A stretch of DNA of 64,000 nucleotides from Fistulifera solaris (taxonomy: Eukaryota). Below, one piece after another: positions 35,932 through 47,503 of this stretch. Within the stretch, counting starts at the first letter, position 1; every line of letters starts with the position of its first letter. The stretch covers positions 310,001 through 374,000 of the forward strand of contig AP026162.1 of assembly GCA_030295235.1 (NCBI GenBank), written 5' to 3'. Position numbers and translations under genes: made by a program. The notes beneath the pieces were generated by a model, which was given only the letters and a program-made list of their open reading frames with translations, did not search any database and was not told where the DNA came from.

Positions 35932-36866
35932 CTATATTCTTGTTTTGGGGTCCCGAAAAGTAGCCCAGGCATCTCTCATTCGTTGATTCTGACCGTTTGT
36001 AAAACGTTCCGACAATCTTGGGGATTGTAGTCCATCATGTTATCCAAAGGGTCTCTACCGCTGTCATCAGGGCATGTATCGGGAAACAGCGCTGGACACT
36101 CTTTGATTCGCCCCACATAATTTAGTTGTGGAGGGGTGTCGTCCACCAAGTCGCCTGGAGAGCATCCTCCTGCAAAAGTATGATGCAAATTCAAGTAATG
36201 ACCAACTTCGTGAGGAAATGATTTCCCATCAGCTGCGCACTCGGGATGGACGACAATTCCGTCCCTGACCCCCACCTGCGCGGCATATGCCCCCAAATTA
36301 GTATACCCACAATAGATACCCCCATTACTTCCAATGGCTTTCTTCAAATAAACATTCATAGTGTCCAGGCCCCCGACTTTGAGTGCTCTCATCATTTCTA
36401 TTTCGTCTGCGGAAGCGACGCTCGCGTTATACCAAACTTTATTGTTCACGTATTTGATCGCCTTCAGATCCATACGGATCCCACTGAATCGGAAACTACG
36501 ATTCGCCTGTCGGATCATGTCCCTAATATCCGATTGCGAGAGTCTACCGGTCGCACCATCCTGGATATTGTGAACGTGTACAGGAATAATAATGTCGGCA
36601 TTACAAAAGCGATAACTCAAGGCGCAAAGCAACCCAAAGTTGAAACCTCGGTTCGTTCGCGAGGCGACCCTGGCAAATGCTTCTTCATCTGCTTTCAATC
36701 GAAGTAATTCTTCCGCATCGGCGTCCTCTACAGCGCACGGCTGGATCGTTTCCGCCAATGCACGTGGCCCATCGAAGATAGAATGGGTTTCGTGACATTG
36801 TGACAGATGAATGAAAAGGCAGATTATGAAGCCAAGCATAGACGAGAAGCCGGTCATAGATGTCAT
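35932..36866 (-). CDS. Secreted M43 (pappalysin/ulilysin-like) zinc metalloprotease; indel near 36002
   Basis: Signal peptide, IPVHVH, HEVGHYLNLHHTF, GDLVDDTP, DTCP...DPLDNMMDY (Met-turn), then FTNGQ..RM after restoring one T. Confidence 0.9.
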
Positions 36867-37470
36867 GATTAAAGGCGGTTAACCGACAAGGAAGAGGGAA
36901 CAAGAATGTTAATGTTTCATAAACATGAAACCTGAAACGCTTGTTCGGCCTTCTTGTCGATGTTATCCAATGCAACGGAAACGCAGATCGCAGATCGCGC
37001 CAACGCACTACGCACAACGCACATCGATCAGCGATCCCTGCGCGACATGCGACAGTCACTAAAAAAGTAGCCAAGGTCAGCTGCCAGTTGACAATTACAT
37101 AAGGTCTTTTCGGCCGAATAATCAAAATCACACTAATGTATGGAGGAGGGTCATTAATCGTCAGTGATACCCATAATCTTTTATCACTGTCTCCCACTTT
37201 GTAGTATCTTTCTATTCTTTGCACGATAGAAAAGCCGGTTCAGTACGATTTGTATTGGTGTCTTCGTTCTTCACTTCTTGGATCTTTTTCTTCATCTTTC
37301 ATCTCCGCCTAGAAAAAATTTTTTCTAGTCTCCGCCCTCGCTCTTCTCACGATTGTTCACGATCTTCTCGAGGCAAAAGCGAATCTTTCCGAAACGACAA
37401 CGAAGTGTGCATTCTTGGTCGAAGAACTCGCAAGTCCATTGTCTTTCATACCATCCAAGCTTTCTGCACC

Positions 37471-37920
37471 ATGACTGTTGCTCATCAATTTGCCCAAAAA
37501 GTCGGCGAAAAATGGGGCAAAGCTCTGACGACCGCCATGACGACGGGCGACATGACCGAATTCAAGGCTCTCTTTATTTCGGATGAAGCTGTCGGTGTCG
37601 TCATACAGTCTGCCGAAGGTACCGAGGTTGTAATGACCATAGGAGACGTCGAAGGTGCCACTCTGTCGTGGGATGAATTCAAAGAATCGTCCATGAAGGA
37701 TTTGGAAGAGCAAGGATATCTCAAGACGGAATCGCAATGTTTGGGCGTGCTCGGTGATCGTATGATTCTTGAAGCTGGTCGATTCAACAAGGCAGGAGAA
37801 GAGTATATGAGCGCATACAGCCTCCTTACCCTCAATGAGGAAGGAAAAATCACAATGTTTGAGTCTTTTTCTGATGCGCACGCCCCAGGGCTCATTCAAG
37901 CAGCTTCCCTTTCCGAATAA
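37471..37920 (+). CDS. Hypothetical protein, possibly NTF2/SnoaL-like fold
   Basis: 149-aa frame from ATG 37471: an N-terminal helix (KWGKALTTAMTTGDMTEFKALF) followed by beta strands ending LTLNEEGKITMFESF. Confidence 0.55.
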   Translation: MTVAHQFAQKVGEKWGKALTTAMTTGDMTEFKALFISDEAVGVVIQSAEGTEVVMTIGDVEGATLSWDEFKESSMKDLEEQGYLKTESQCLGVLGDRMILEAGRFNKAGEEYMSAYSLLTLNEEGKITMFESFSDAHAPGLIQAASLSE

Positions 37921-38059
37921 ACAGTATCTAACTGCATCTACTTCAACGAAGTTAGTTTTTCTTATAACATAAAAGTCAATCTCGATTGTATAAACAACTA
38001 AAAAGTAATTTATTCGTTAGATTAAGTTGATCGTTAATGAGTATATAGAAGGTACGATT

Positions 38060-38707
38060 TTAACGAAGGAGACGAGCACGGCGACGAGCACCAAGACCAT
38101 TCATGGCCCCACCGGTGGCTCCAACAGCCGCTACAAAGAAGAATGGGTAGGAGTGAGTCCATCTGCCATTAAATGAACGATCCTCATAACTCGTTCATTC
38201 GTTGTATTCGTACGTACCTCCAATCTTGGCTCCTTGACCCGGATCTCCTGTAATTGCACCTGCCACGGCGCCAAGAACTGCACCTCGCGCAGCACCACGA
38301 GCCGTGCTTTTGATAACAACGTGTTCGTTATGCTGAGGAGGACGAGGGGCAGGAGCGGGAGCATATGCAGCAGGAGCCGGCGCGGGCGCCTTTGCCGGTT
38401 GATAATAGGCTAGCTCTCGCTTGAGCTGGGCGTTTTCCGCCTCCAGTTGTGCGACGCGGGCATCGCTTCCTCCGCCGCCTCCACCGCCACTGGCTAACGA
38501 CTTTGTAAACTCAATTGCGTTGACAATCTTCTTGCCTTGCAGACCGGACACGCCAAGTTCTGCGAAATCTTCCGGAGTGAGAGCGACTAGCAACGATCCG
38601 TCCACCGACTGAATTCGGAACTCGCCCGCTTTGTCTCCCAGTCCTATCGCATTCAAGAAAAGACAGACTTCGTCCACCGAATAGGATGCAGGATCTTTGA
38701 TATACAT
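38060..38707 (-). CDS. SAM-domain protein with a glycine-zipper-like C-terminus (2 exons, intron ~38132-38217)
   Basis: YSVDEVCLFLNAIGL...FRIQSVDGSLLVALTPEDFAELGV (SAM); GAARGAVLGAVAGAITGDPGQGAKIG|AAVGATGGAMNGLG. Confidence 0.78.
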
Positions 38708-39264
38708 GGTGAGAATAGCTGATTGGAAGATTTTTCTAGTTTATCTTTTGGCCAAAGAGCTGCTTCAAAGATGCGAATGAATAACGTTTGTTCTACGCTC
38801 TTCGCTTTTTGTCGAGGCGTATCTTTCTCATGCTTCGTTGGTGAACTGGTGAAGTCAAAAGTCTTTTGACGTTTTCGTCATAATTTACGTGGGAGGTTCC
38901 TCAGGAGGGCATATCTGAATTTCACACACCACGTACTGTATTATTATTTGAATTCAAAATTTGTACTCGTACTATCGATAAAATTGTAAGATTACTTCTG
39001 GGCTTAAGTCGTATGCTTTAAGTAATTTTGTTCAGTCTTCGATCGTGCGCGCAAGAGGAAGTGCATTTTCTGTTTTCTGTTTTCTCCTCCGCACTACTCT
39101 CTACTAGCGCTAACACTACCGTAGAAAATCAATCCTTCTCATTATGCTCGATCGTCTCAATCATCTGCTGTGCCATAACTTGATTCGCCTTTACCAGGTA
39201 CCATGAAGATTTACAACCATTGGTAGCAACAACTGCTCTCTGAAAGAACTGATCTTGCGCAAAA

Positions 39265-41193
39265 ATGGTGCTAAACATGCACGTCGTCGCGAATACATAC
39301 GATGAAACGTTCTTCAACAATTGGATGGATACGTTGAAGAAATCTCTCGTTACACGGCTCCCTCAACCGGACCCAGCCTTCACGTCCGCTTGCAAGTCTG
39401 TGAATCTTTGTCAACAGGCGCTATCTTCTGCACAGTCAGTGCTTGCCGATATTGAGAAAAATTATCCGAACGACAAAGCATTACTCGAAAAGGCTAAAGC
39501 TCTCGTCGAGAAAGAATCGAAAGTCTTAGATGAAGCCACCAAGGTTTGCCAAACCACAGCCAAGAGCGTTTTCGAACAAGATTTAATGCAGATCCTGCTG
39601 AGTGATAAAAACGATGATTCAGATCTTGTAACATTCACGGTTCTGAAACAGGCAGGCGCTAAAAAGCTGGCCAGCTGGTGTACCAGAGGACAGACAGAAA
39701 CCTCGGAGCTCATGGATTTTCTGAAGGATCCTGCGCAAATACGACTCTATCTCCAAGCTGGTGGGGCTCGCAATGGGGAATATGGTCGTGCTGTACAAAT
39801 TCATCGTCAATTGACTCGTAGCTTTCCTCACCCGACGAACGACGTCATCACGCGGCTGGCTTTAGCCGTAGCGCTCGAGCTGTGCTCGCCTTTGACTCGA
39901 TTTGGTACAACTCAATTGATTGACCCCATTCAGCGATATATTCACTATGAGCAAGCTTATCTGTTTGGAGAACTGGACCCGGCGTTTCAACATTTCCAGG
40001 TCTGGGAATTGCGCGGAGTTGTGGACTCGGATGCGTCGAACGAAGAGCTTGGCTGGGGTAGGGAATGTCTTTTGAATTTTCGTCCCGATATTGCTTTCTC
40101 AAACGACCCCAAATGGCGCTATTGTGAGATTGTGCGAAGTGACGTGACTTATAAGGCACCCGAATGGTACAAGTCGCCAAGATCGTACGACCAGATTTTG
40201 TCGGGCGGGGGGAAATGCGGACCGAGGGCCTGGTACGGCCGCTTTATTTGCAAAGCATTCGGTATACCTACTTGGGGAGTGAAACAAGTCGGACACGCTG
40301 CGGTAAGTTTTATACGAGCCTGGTTGAAAAATTTAGCACGCTTCTCAACCAAGCGATCCCTTTTTAGATGTCGCGCTGGACTACAAAGGGGTGGACAACC
40401 TGCTTAGGCGCCGATTTCAAATGGACGTATTGGGAGGGGGAGAAGCGGACTTGACTTTCAATTAGAAACGCAAGCTCGCTATACGTTGAATAACAGCGAA
40501 TCTACCTATCTGGAAAAAGTGGCAAGACTAGAACTGATTGGTTATTTGAATGACGAAGATACCCGATCGATAAGGATGCAACTCATCCCCACGGCATCAG
40601 CCTATTGGACATCTTTGGCCCTTTTTCAAAGAAAAATTCTAAGAGACGTACAACAGTCGCTTCCAACTCAATATTTTGCAACTTCACGTACCGCGAAATC
40701 CATACAGCATCTTCGAGGCTATCCTCGTGGAAATGTCATGGTTGGTGCGGACATCTTGAATGGTACAGTCATAATACCAGCCGCACCAACATGCTATCCT
40801 CCAAACGAAACGAAAACAATAAAATTTCTTGATAGCATTCTTGGAGGAAAGCAACTCCTGATGATCGGCAGTGGTTACATAACGTACGGCCTTCCACTTG
40901 ACGGGCTTTCGCAATCAAGAGAATACTCGTTGCAACTGCGAGTCTGCACTGTCCATCGTCACGAAGAACCTTTTGCTGTCACAATAACTTCTTTTACTGC
41001 TAATGGGGATGTAAAAGATGAGCAGCAGGCCTCTATCGATATACCGTATACTATGGGAATGTGGGATGAAACAAAGCCAGTCCTCGTTACTTTCGGTGGA
41101 TTTGAGAGTGTGTCAGTACAACTAAAGATCACGCGACAATCGTCCCAGGGTTTGTCAATCAAGGAAATCAAGCTCGTTCCTTTTAAAGAGTAA
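39265..41193 (+). CDS. Uncharacterised protein with a transglutaminase/papain-like Cys-His motif; intron 40303-40367; indel near 40440 (start may be 39325)
   Basis: GGKCGPRAWYGRFICKAFGIPTWGVKQVGHAA matches the transglutaminase-core pattern G.C...A......A.GIP...V....HA. A beta-rich C-terminal module follows. Confidence 0.7.
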
Positions 41194-41283
41194 CCCAGGT
41201 TCGCTGAACATCGCTGTCATTAGTAGAGGTCTATGCTGTTTCTACAACTGGTCATTGAGAAAAAATGATTGATTCTGAAATTT

Positions 41284-42873
41284 TTAGTAATTCGCAAATA
41301 AGGTTATCAACGCCGATGTTCCAATCCCAATAAAGGCATATGGCAAACGCACACCGTCGGAAGTGGCTGTTGCCTGTGATTGCGCTACCGGCGCCACTGG
41401 AGATTCTGGTGCCGTTGGCGCTATCGTCACCGGTGCTTCAACAGGGGCACTTGGCGACATAGCGTTGGGGCACTTCAGATACTCTTCCTGGATGAGACTT
41501 CGATTGAAGCAGACAATTCCATTCAAAGGAAGACCACCCGTACCATCGACAACTACATGACCTATATCTCTTGGATCCGCTGGCGTGCACTCTTGAGTGG
41601 TTTCATGTATCTTTTTGGCAGCTGCAATTTCTCGGTGTGATTGCACCAAGATAAGATGCAATCGCCTTGTAAGAGACTGGTCCATCCTCTTTTGGAACAT
41701 ACCACCACTGATCTGCGAGAATAGCCTAATGAACCAATATCGAATGCTGACTGAGACACGCTGCCGCAAGCTCAAGACGAATTTTATTTGACACAACGCA
41801 ACACTTACTTTGTCTGGGAATAAAACTTTAAAGTTTTCGTCAATCAGCCGAGTACCACGAGGGTCGAACAGCCAAAAGTCAACCGGAAACAAAGTATTAC
41901 CCGTACACTCGTCGTTGTAATCTCCTGGTTCGCAGTTGTTAAAGTAGGAGCTGGCGGGTATGGCGGCATACACGTCAGAATCATAAATGTCGTCTGCATG
42001 CAAGAGAGGCATCCCGAGTTCCTCCATACTTCGAGGGAACCACAGCTGAATAGGATCGTAGTCACTTAACTCCGCATAAGAAGCTCCCGTCTCCGCATCT
42101 TGCACAATTGCAAGCCAGCTAACTTTGATGTGTAACCCTTTTTCATGAGCTTCTTCCATTGCATCTGTGAAAGCACTTGCTGCCTCACATGCTTCTTGCT
42201 TCTGTTGATTCAGGGCATCGTGGTCCATTTCAACACCCAGAAAAGTCGCAAGCTCTTCTATGCGACGAGCCAAGTCCATTGTCGACCTACCATAGCAACT
42301 GGAACGATCCGGAGCTGTAAAGTTCTGAAGGCGGCAATTTTTATTGTAGTCGTAATATGTATCGATGAAAATGACCTTGAAACCGGCTGCCTCGACATCG
42401 ATCATCGACAAATCATACCCATTGTCCATATTTACGATAAAGTCAATTTGGTCTTTGATAGCAACCAAGTCAGTGATATTATCAATTTGCCAGCACCCTC
42501 TCGGATTCTTGTAGCAAGAGGGAGACAGATTGACGGCCGATGCCAAGAACGCCGCTTCTTCAGGACCAGGATCCATCTCGGGGAAAACGGAGCCTGCCGA
42601 TGGATTCTCTGGGTCAAACGTAGATCCCCAAAGCCCCCACAAACCCCAGATAGCAGCCAGCTGATCTGCTTTCATTCCCATATGAAACAGAGTTACTGCA
42701 CCTGTTCCAGCATTGATGCCAATCCTGGCCTTGACCGAATTATCCCATGTGTGGACGACTCCTCTGTCATCTTGAAATGTTGCTCCATTGACCGAAGTTC
42801 CGAGCACAAGCCACATGACGGCACTCACAGAGCACCATGTTGCTTTTCGGGAAGACAGTGGAATCAAAGCCAT
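41284..42873 (-). CDS. Ferrichrome/siderophore-binding protein FBP1-like (periplasmic-binding-protein fold, surface anchored); intron 41726-41808; indel near 41635
   Basis: Signal peptide; FQDDRGVVH; RIEELATFLG; LGMPLLH; PVDFWLFD.R; spliced KAILADQWW...DGPVSY; Pro/Ala linker plus hydrophobic C-terminal anchor. Confidence 0.72.
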   Translation of the reverse strand: MALIPLSSRKATWCSVSAVMWLVLGTSVNGATFQDDRGVVHTWDNSVKARIGINAGTGAVTLFHMGMKADQLAAIWGLWGLWGSTFDPENPSAGSVFPEMDPGPEEAAFLASAVNLSPSCYKNPRGCWQIDNITDLVAIKDQIDFIVNMDNGYDLSMIDVEAAGFKVIFIDTYYDYNKNCRLQNFTAPDRSSCYGRSTMDLARRIEELATFLGVEMDHDALNQQKQEACEAASAFTDAMEEAHEKGLHIKVSWLAIVQDAETGASYAELSDYDPIQLWFPRSMEELGMPLLHADDIYDSDVYAAIPASSYFNNCEPGDYNDECTGNTLFPVDFWLFDPRGTRLIDENFKVLFPDKVSVALCQIKFVLSLRQRVSVSIRYWFIRLFSQISGGMFQKRMDQSLTRRLHLILVQSHREIAAAKKIHETTQECTPADPRDIGHVVVDGTGGLPLNGIVCFNRSLIQEEYLKCPNAMSPSAPVEAPVTIAPTAPESPVAPVAQSQATATSDGVRLPYAFIGIGTSALITLFANY

Positions 42874-43825
42874 TGTATTACAGTGCTTCTATCGAGGACA
42901 AGAAAATAAAACAATGAGGGAAAAGATACGAAGTAAAGAAAAATCTTTCTCGTGTCATTGTTACTGGAGATACGCAGTACATAACCTCAAGCTTCAAGCT
43001 AACGCATAATGATATCTACGTTCAGCGTGTCGCGTGCTAGAATCGTGCTTGATTTAGTTCCGGAACAATTTGGATGATGACACCCTCGATGATCCATCAT
43101 CCGGATCAAACATCAAACCGTTCGTGTATTGTGTGTATTCCCTCAGGAATAAGATGTCGCTGCAATACTCTTCTGTGTTACAAAACATAACTAGTCGACA
43201 TGGGTATGTAGCATGGGCGTGATGGATGAAAGATCTCTAGAAAGAAGATTTTTTGAGGGCTGAGAGCTGAGATCATAAGAAATGAAGGAGAACGCGACTA
43301 GCACGCGCCTCGCTAGGTCGCAAGACTCAACTAAAAGTCGGTCTTGGATATGGCTATATCCGAAACCATGCTTGTTTCCAGAACCAACTCGCAGTTTCAA
43401 TTAATGCTATTATTGATGATTATTATTAAAGCGGAGCATAAACGTCAACGCGGCTTCGAAATTTATACACTCACCATCCATATTTGCTATTATCGGCCGC
43501 GTGGCGGTCACTACGAGGAAATCAAGAGCTAGGCACCAATAAGAGCGCCATGTAAAAATGTCGCGATGCTGGTAATCTTTTGAGTAATCTTCTGGTTTTG
43601 GACGAAGAATCCCTTTTCGCCTCAACGGCTCCTCATACTACGTGCGATTGCCATGTCAAATGAAAGGTACGCGTAAAAAGAAAGATGTTGATCTTAAGTG
43701 GTACAATAAAATAATTCCATACAAAGTTACTCATAGAAATCTGTCGAGCAACGTCCAAAATAGAATAACTAAGATATGGTGTCTGCGCTGAGCTCTGCAT
43801 GCAGTGCAATTCTCCATAATCCCCA

Positions 43826-44962
43826 TTACTTGTGAATGTAGCTGCTGAACATGGATTGTAGGAATGTTCTGTTCCCATCTTGTGTGTTCACCTTTTTGCT
43901 CGGCGAATCTGTAAAGCCAAAAAGTTCTTGCTTTTTTTGGATGAAGTCGAATTCCGCAGGGGGTGTGCGCGGAACTCTCGATCGTCCTCTTACTTGTTTG
44001 TCGTTTGCATTGAGGTCCTCACTCCCAATAGAATCATCATCGTATCCGTCAAAGAGGCCTTTGTAATTGCATGAGCTTATTTGATACACAGCACCCGCCA
44101 ACGCAGCTAGCGCATCAATGTCCGAATAATCTTCAATAGTTCCATCTGAGACCACCGACGCAAAATCCGATGCTTCATCCTCGACATCAGACTCGCTTCC
44201 GTCGAATCTGGAATGCTCACCATCTGTGTCAAGTAGCGAAACGTCTCTTGATCCTTCCTCTTCGAAATCGGAAGAATAATCGGAGTTAGCTCGAGGAGAG
44301 ATCATGGGAGATTTATTCGCTCCAAATTTAGCCATCAGTTCAGTAACGCGGGACGCTGATGGACTTGTCAGGGCGATTTGGGCATTCAAACCTGTGTCGG
44401 CTGATTCGATGCGCTGGAAACCTTTAGGGACTGCCACTGCTGTCCATTCATATTCTTCATATTGTTCATCTACATCATAATAAGCTGGGTCTATCGCATC
44501 TTTTGATTCGAATGAAACAGGCTCTTTGTAATGCGAGTTTGATCGCTCCATTTCGGACTGATCTTGCGAGGAAAAGGTTTCCGTCAGAGTGGTAAAAGTA
44601 TTTTCTCCTTGCTTGTGAATATTGCCTTCATTATCAGATAATTTTCTCTTCCATGTCGTGACGTCTTTTTTCCTTCCTCTCTTGAGAAACTTCATGTTGA
44701 GCTTATTCGAGGTTTGTTTGATTTTGTCCAAAAGCTTGAATGAGTTCTTGGACGAAGCAGCTGATTCTTCATCGGACTCACAATCTGTAGGACCTGAATA
44801 CGAAGATGCCGATGAAGAATAGGAAGCAGATCTTTCATCATCCAGCAGATGGTTATTGACCTCGTCGTTTGAATTAGAACTGTTGCTCGAAGCGGATGTT
44901 TCACTGGATGACGACGACAGCGGCTTGTCCAAAGATGCGGCGTCAAGTTCTACTACCGGCAT
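43826..44962 (-). CDS. Hypothetical acidic, Ser-rich, likely disordered protein
   Basis: Open frame of ~378 codons from MPVVELD; no domain recognised. Confidence 0.6.
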   Translation of the reverse strand: MPVVELDAASLDKPLSSSSSETSASSNSSNSNDEVNNHLLDDERSASYSSSASSYSGPTDCESDEESAASSKNSFKLLDKIKQTSNKLNMKFLKRGRKKDVTTWKRKLSDNEGNIHKQGENTFTTLTETFSSQDQSEMERSNSHYKEPVSFESKDAIDPAYYDVDEQYEEYEWTAVAVPKGFQRIESADTGLNAQIALTSPSASRVTELMAKFGANKSPMISPRANSDYSSDFEEEGSRDVSLLDTDGEHSRFDGSESDVEDEASDFASVVSDGTIEDYSDIDALAALAGAVYQISSCNYKGLFDGYDDDSIGSEDLNANDKQVRGRSRVPRTPPAEFDFIQKKQELFGFTDSPSKKVNTQDGNRTFLQSMFSSYIHK

Positions 44963-45668
44963 TGTTGTCTGCTTGATCTGTTTAAGTTGCGCTCTCTCGC
45001 TATGGCAGCAATGATGTTTGGTTGAATGTTGATTGCTCTTTGTAGTCAACGATGGTGAAATCAAAAGAATAAGAAAAAATGAGCGATACGATTATTTGAC
45101 GCCTCGACGTCAAGCGCGTTTCTAAAGGTACTGTAGCTCTATACTTTTTCGAGCTCGTCAAGCTTCTCTTATAGATCAAAACAAAAAATTAGGAAATTAA
45201 TTGCCGTTGAAGATCAAAGCACTATTTTTATAATGTGCTTAGCCTCTAAGTATCCCTTTACTTAGAAGCAAAGTGTTTTTCCCGCTGGCATTTATGCCAC
45301 CTTTCCTGAATTCGGTGCGACATCTATGCGACATTTTCTTCAAGAAGCGCTATCAGTTTCAGGCAGAGTGCAACTCTGAGAGTCTCCCCTAGCTAGAGAG
45401 AGAGGAGAGAGGAGTGGTCGATAGGTTCTAGGTTATGGAGATTGTATTGGATAGAAGCGCAACCAAGTCACTTGAGTAAACGACCCTATGAAAGTTCGAT
45501 TTCCAGAAAGTGATTTGAAGTGATGAAGCAATCGTCCAGCGACTTTAATTACTTTTCTGCCCTAGCTAAACATAACTTTTAAGAAAGAATTAAAAATGGA
45601 GAAAGGTGGACGAAAGAATGAGCCACTATCGCTACATCTCAAACAAAGTTATTTTTCTATCTAGGTTT

Positions 45669-46976
45669 TTAAGCAAGCTGTTCACGGATGGTGGGAGTCA
45701 AATATTCAGCAACTCGGAGAGTTTCAACGGCAATATCAATTGTGGCTACACCTGTGGCTTCGACTCCATTTGCACAGAAATTTGCGACACGCTCTTTCAC
45801 CGTGATATAGTCGGGATCCTGGCTGAAGAAGTAAGGCTGCACATATGATGTAAGAGGAATTGATTTACAGAAAAGGAATCGCCCTTGACAGCCAACAGTA
45901 GGACTTACCATAGCACCAGGGTACTCATTCTCGAGCACAGAAACGTTTGCCTTGTCTTCTTCGTCGGGCATGGAATGACGGAAGACTTCCTGTCCGTCCT
46001 TTTCAACCTTTGCGTAAGAAGTATCCCCACCACATCGGTCGGCTTGTACGGACACTTCTTTACCGGTCTTTGTTTTGATAGTGAATTTGACCTTGTCGAA
46101 ATCCGTAAACTCCTTTCCACTAGGACCCGTCAACGTCTGACTTGAGCTGAATTCTTTGTCGGCGACACACTCGGCAATATTTTCCACGGTCACATCAAAG
46201 AAAGACACCAACAGCGCGAGTTCGTGAATCGCCATATTCTTGAGCATTCCCTCAGCATTACGTTCAAAGCATTCTCCCAGCGACTCCTTTGTGTTTTCGT
46301 AGGTGTTGTTAGAAACAAAGGTGATGACACCACCGTTCTCCGCTTGATATTCACGAGCCTTGCGAACGTATTTGCAAACGTTCTTGTTGTAGCCCATGAG
46401 CACACTGACACCAGCAGCAGCGGCTTCATCACGCATTGCGGCTAATTCGGTCACAGTGGGGGCGCCAGGTTTCTCAAGGTAGATGCAGCTGCAGCCGGCC
46501 TATTATTTTGTCTCGAGTCAGAAGCAAAACATCAAGTAGAAAAGATAGCGACGACAACAAAACTTACCTTGATGCAGTCACCGAGAAGCTTTGGGTTATC
46601 TGCTGTGCGTCCTGAAATAAGAGCAAGACGTTTCTTTCCTTCTGCAACTGCAGGCAGATCGGCGACGGAGCTAAGGAATTGCACACCATGATCTGCGGTC
46701 GCCTTTTCCGCAAATTCTTTGAACTCAGGACCACCGGGACCGGATGCTCCTGTCAAATATGAGTGAGAGGAATGAGTGTCAATCGTTTCACAGTCTTCAT
46801 TATAAGAATGACTTACCAGCACCTAGAAACCAGGGTTCGACGACGAAGCAGAGCTTGGCGGACGGACACTTTCCCTTGAGCATCTGTTCAGCGTGATACC
46901 AGCCCATTCCGCGCGAAGGGGCTCCACATCCGACGAGGACGACCTCACATTGACCATCTCCAGCGACAGCGACCAT
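45669..46976 (-). CDS. Gfo/Idh/MocA-family oxidoreductase (4 exons)
   Basis: VVLVGCGAPSRGMGWYH (Rossmann fold), IYLEKPGA, VLMGYNKN, NMAIHEL; three short GT-AG introns (~46752-46816, ~46500-46567, ~45839-45908). Confidence 0.8.
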
Positions 46977-47503
46977 TTTGAATGATTATAGGCTTGGAAA
47001 AGTTGACAAGAACGCAAATGAACTCGAAGCGAAGAGTGAATATTTTATGACGAGAACTCACTCCGGATGTGATGTCAAAACGAAGATGCGATCCGAGATC
47101 CACCGAGCGTCTGGTCGTCGTCTTCCGGAAGCATGATGCGAAAAAGCCAGACTTTTTGCAACGAGGCTGCTTCCGATACAAAAATGTAGGCATCGGTTCT
47201 CAAGTTCTGGAAGTTTGTTTTCTTGTTAATCAAGCTCCACCGCGGGCTTGGATTGTGTGAAATATAGTGTAGTTTATAAGACTATAAGAGAGATTGTAGT
47301 CTTGCGAAGGTCGCGTCGTCATCGATGACGGGCGAAAACTTGTTGTCAATCGTCGATCATTATTATTTGCGAGCTATGGTCAACATCAGAACATTAAGCG
47401 GGCTAGCGCGACTCCGTCTCCAAAAAAACGAGCGCAAACCATGTCCACAATGACCATGTAAATCTAACACACGCGATTTAGCTAATTTACTAAATTTGAA
47501 TAT

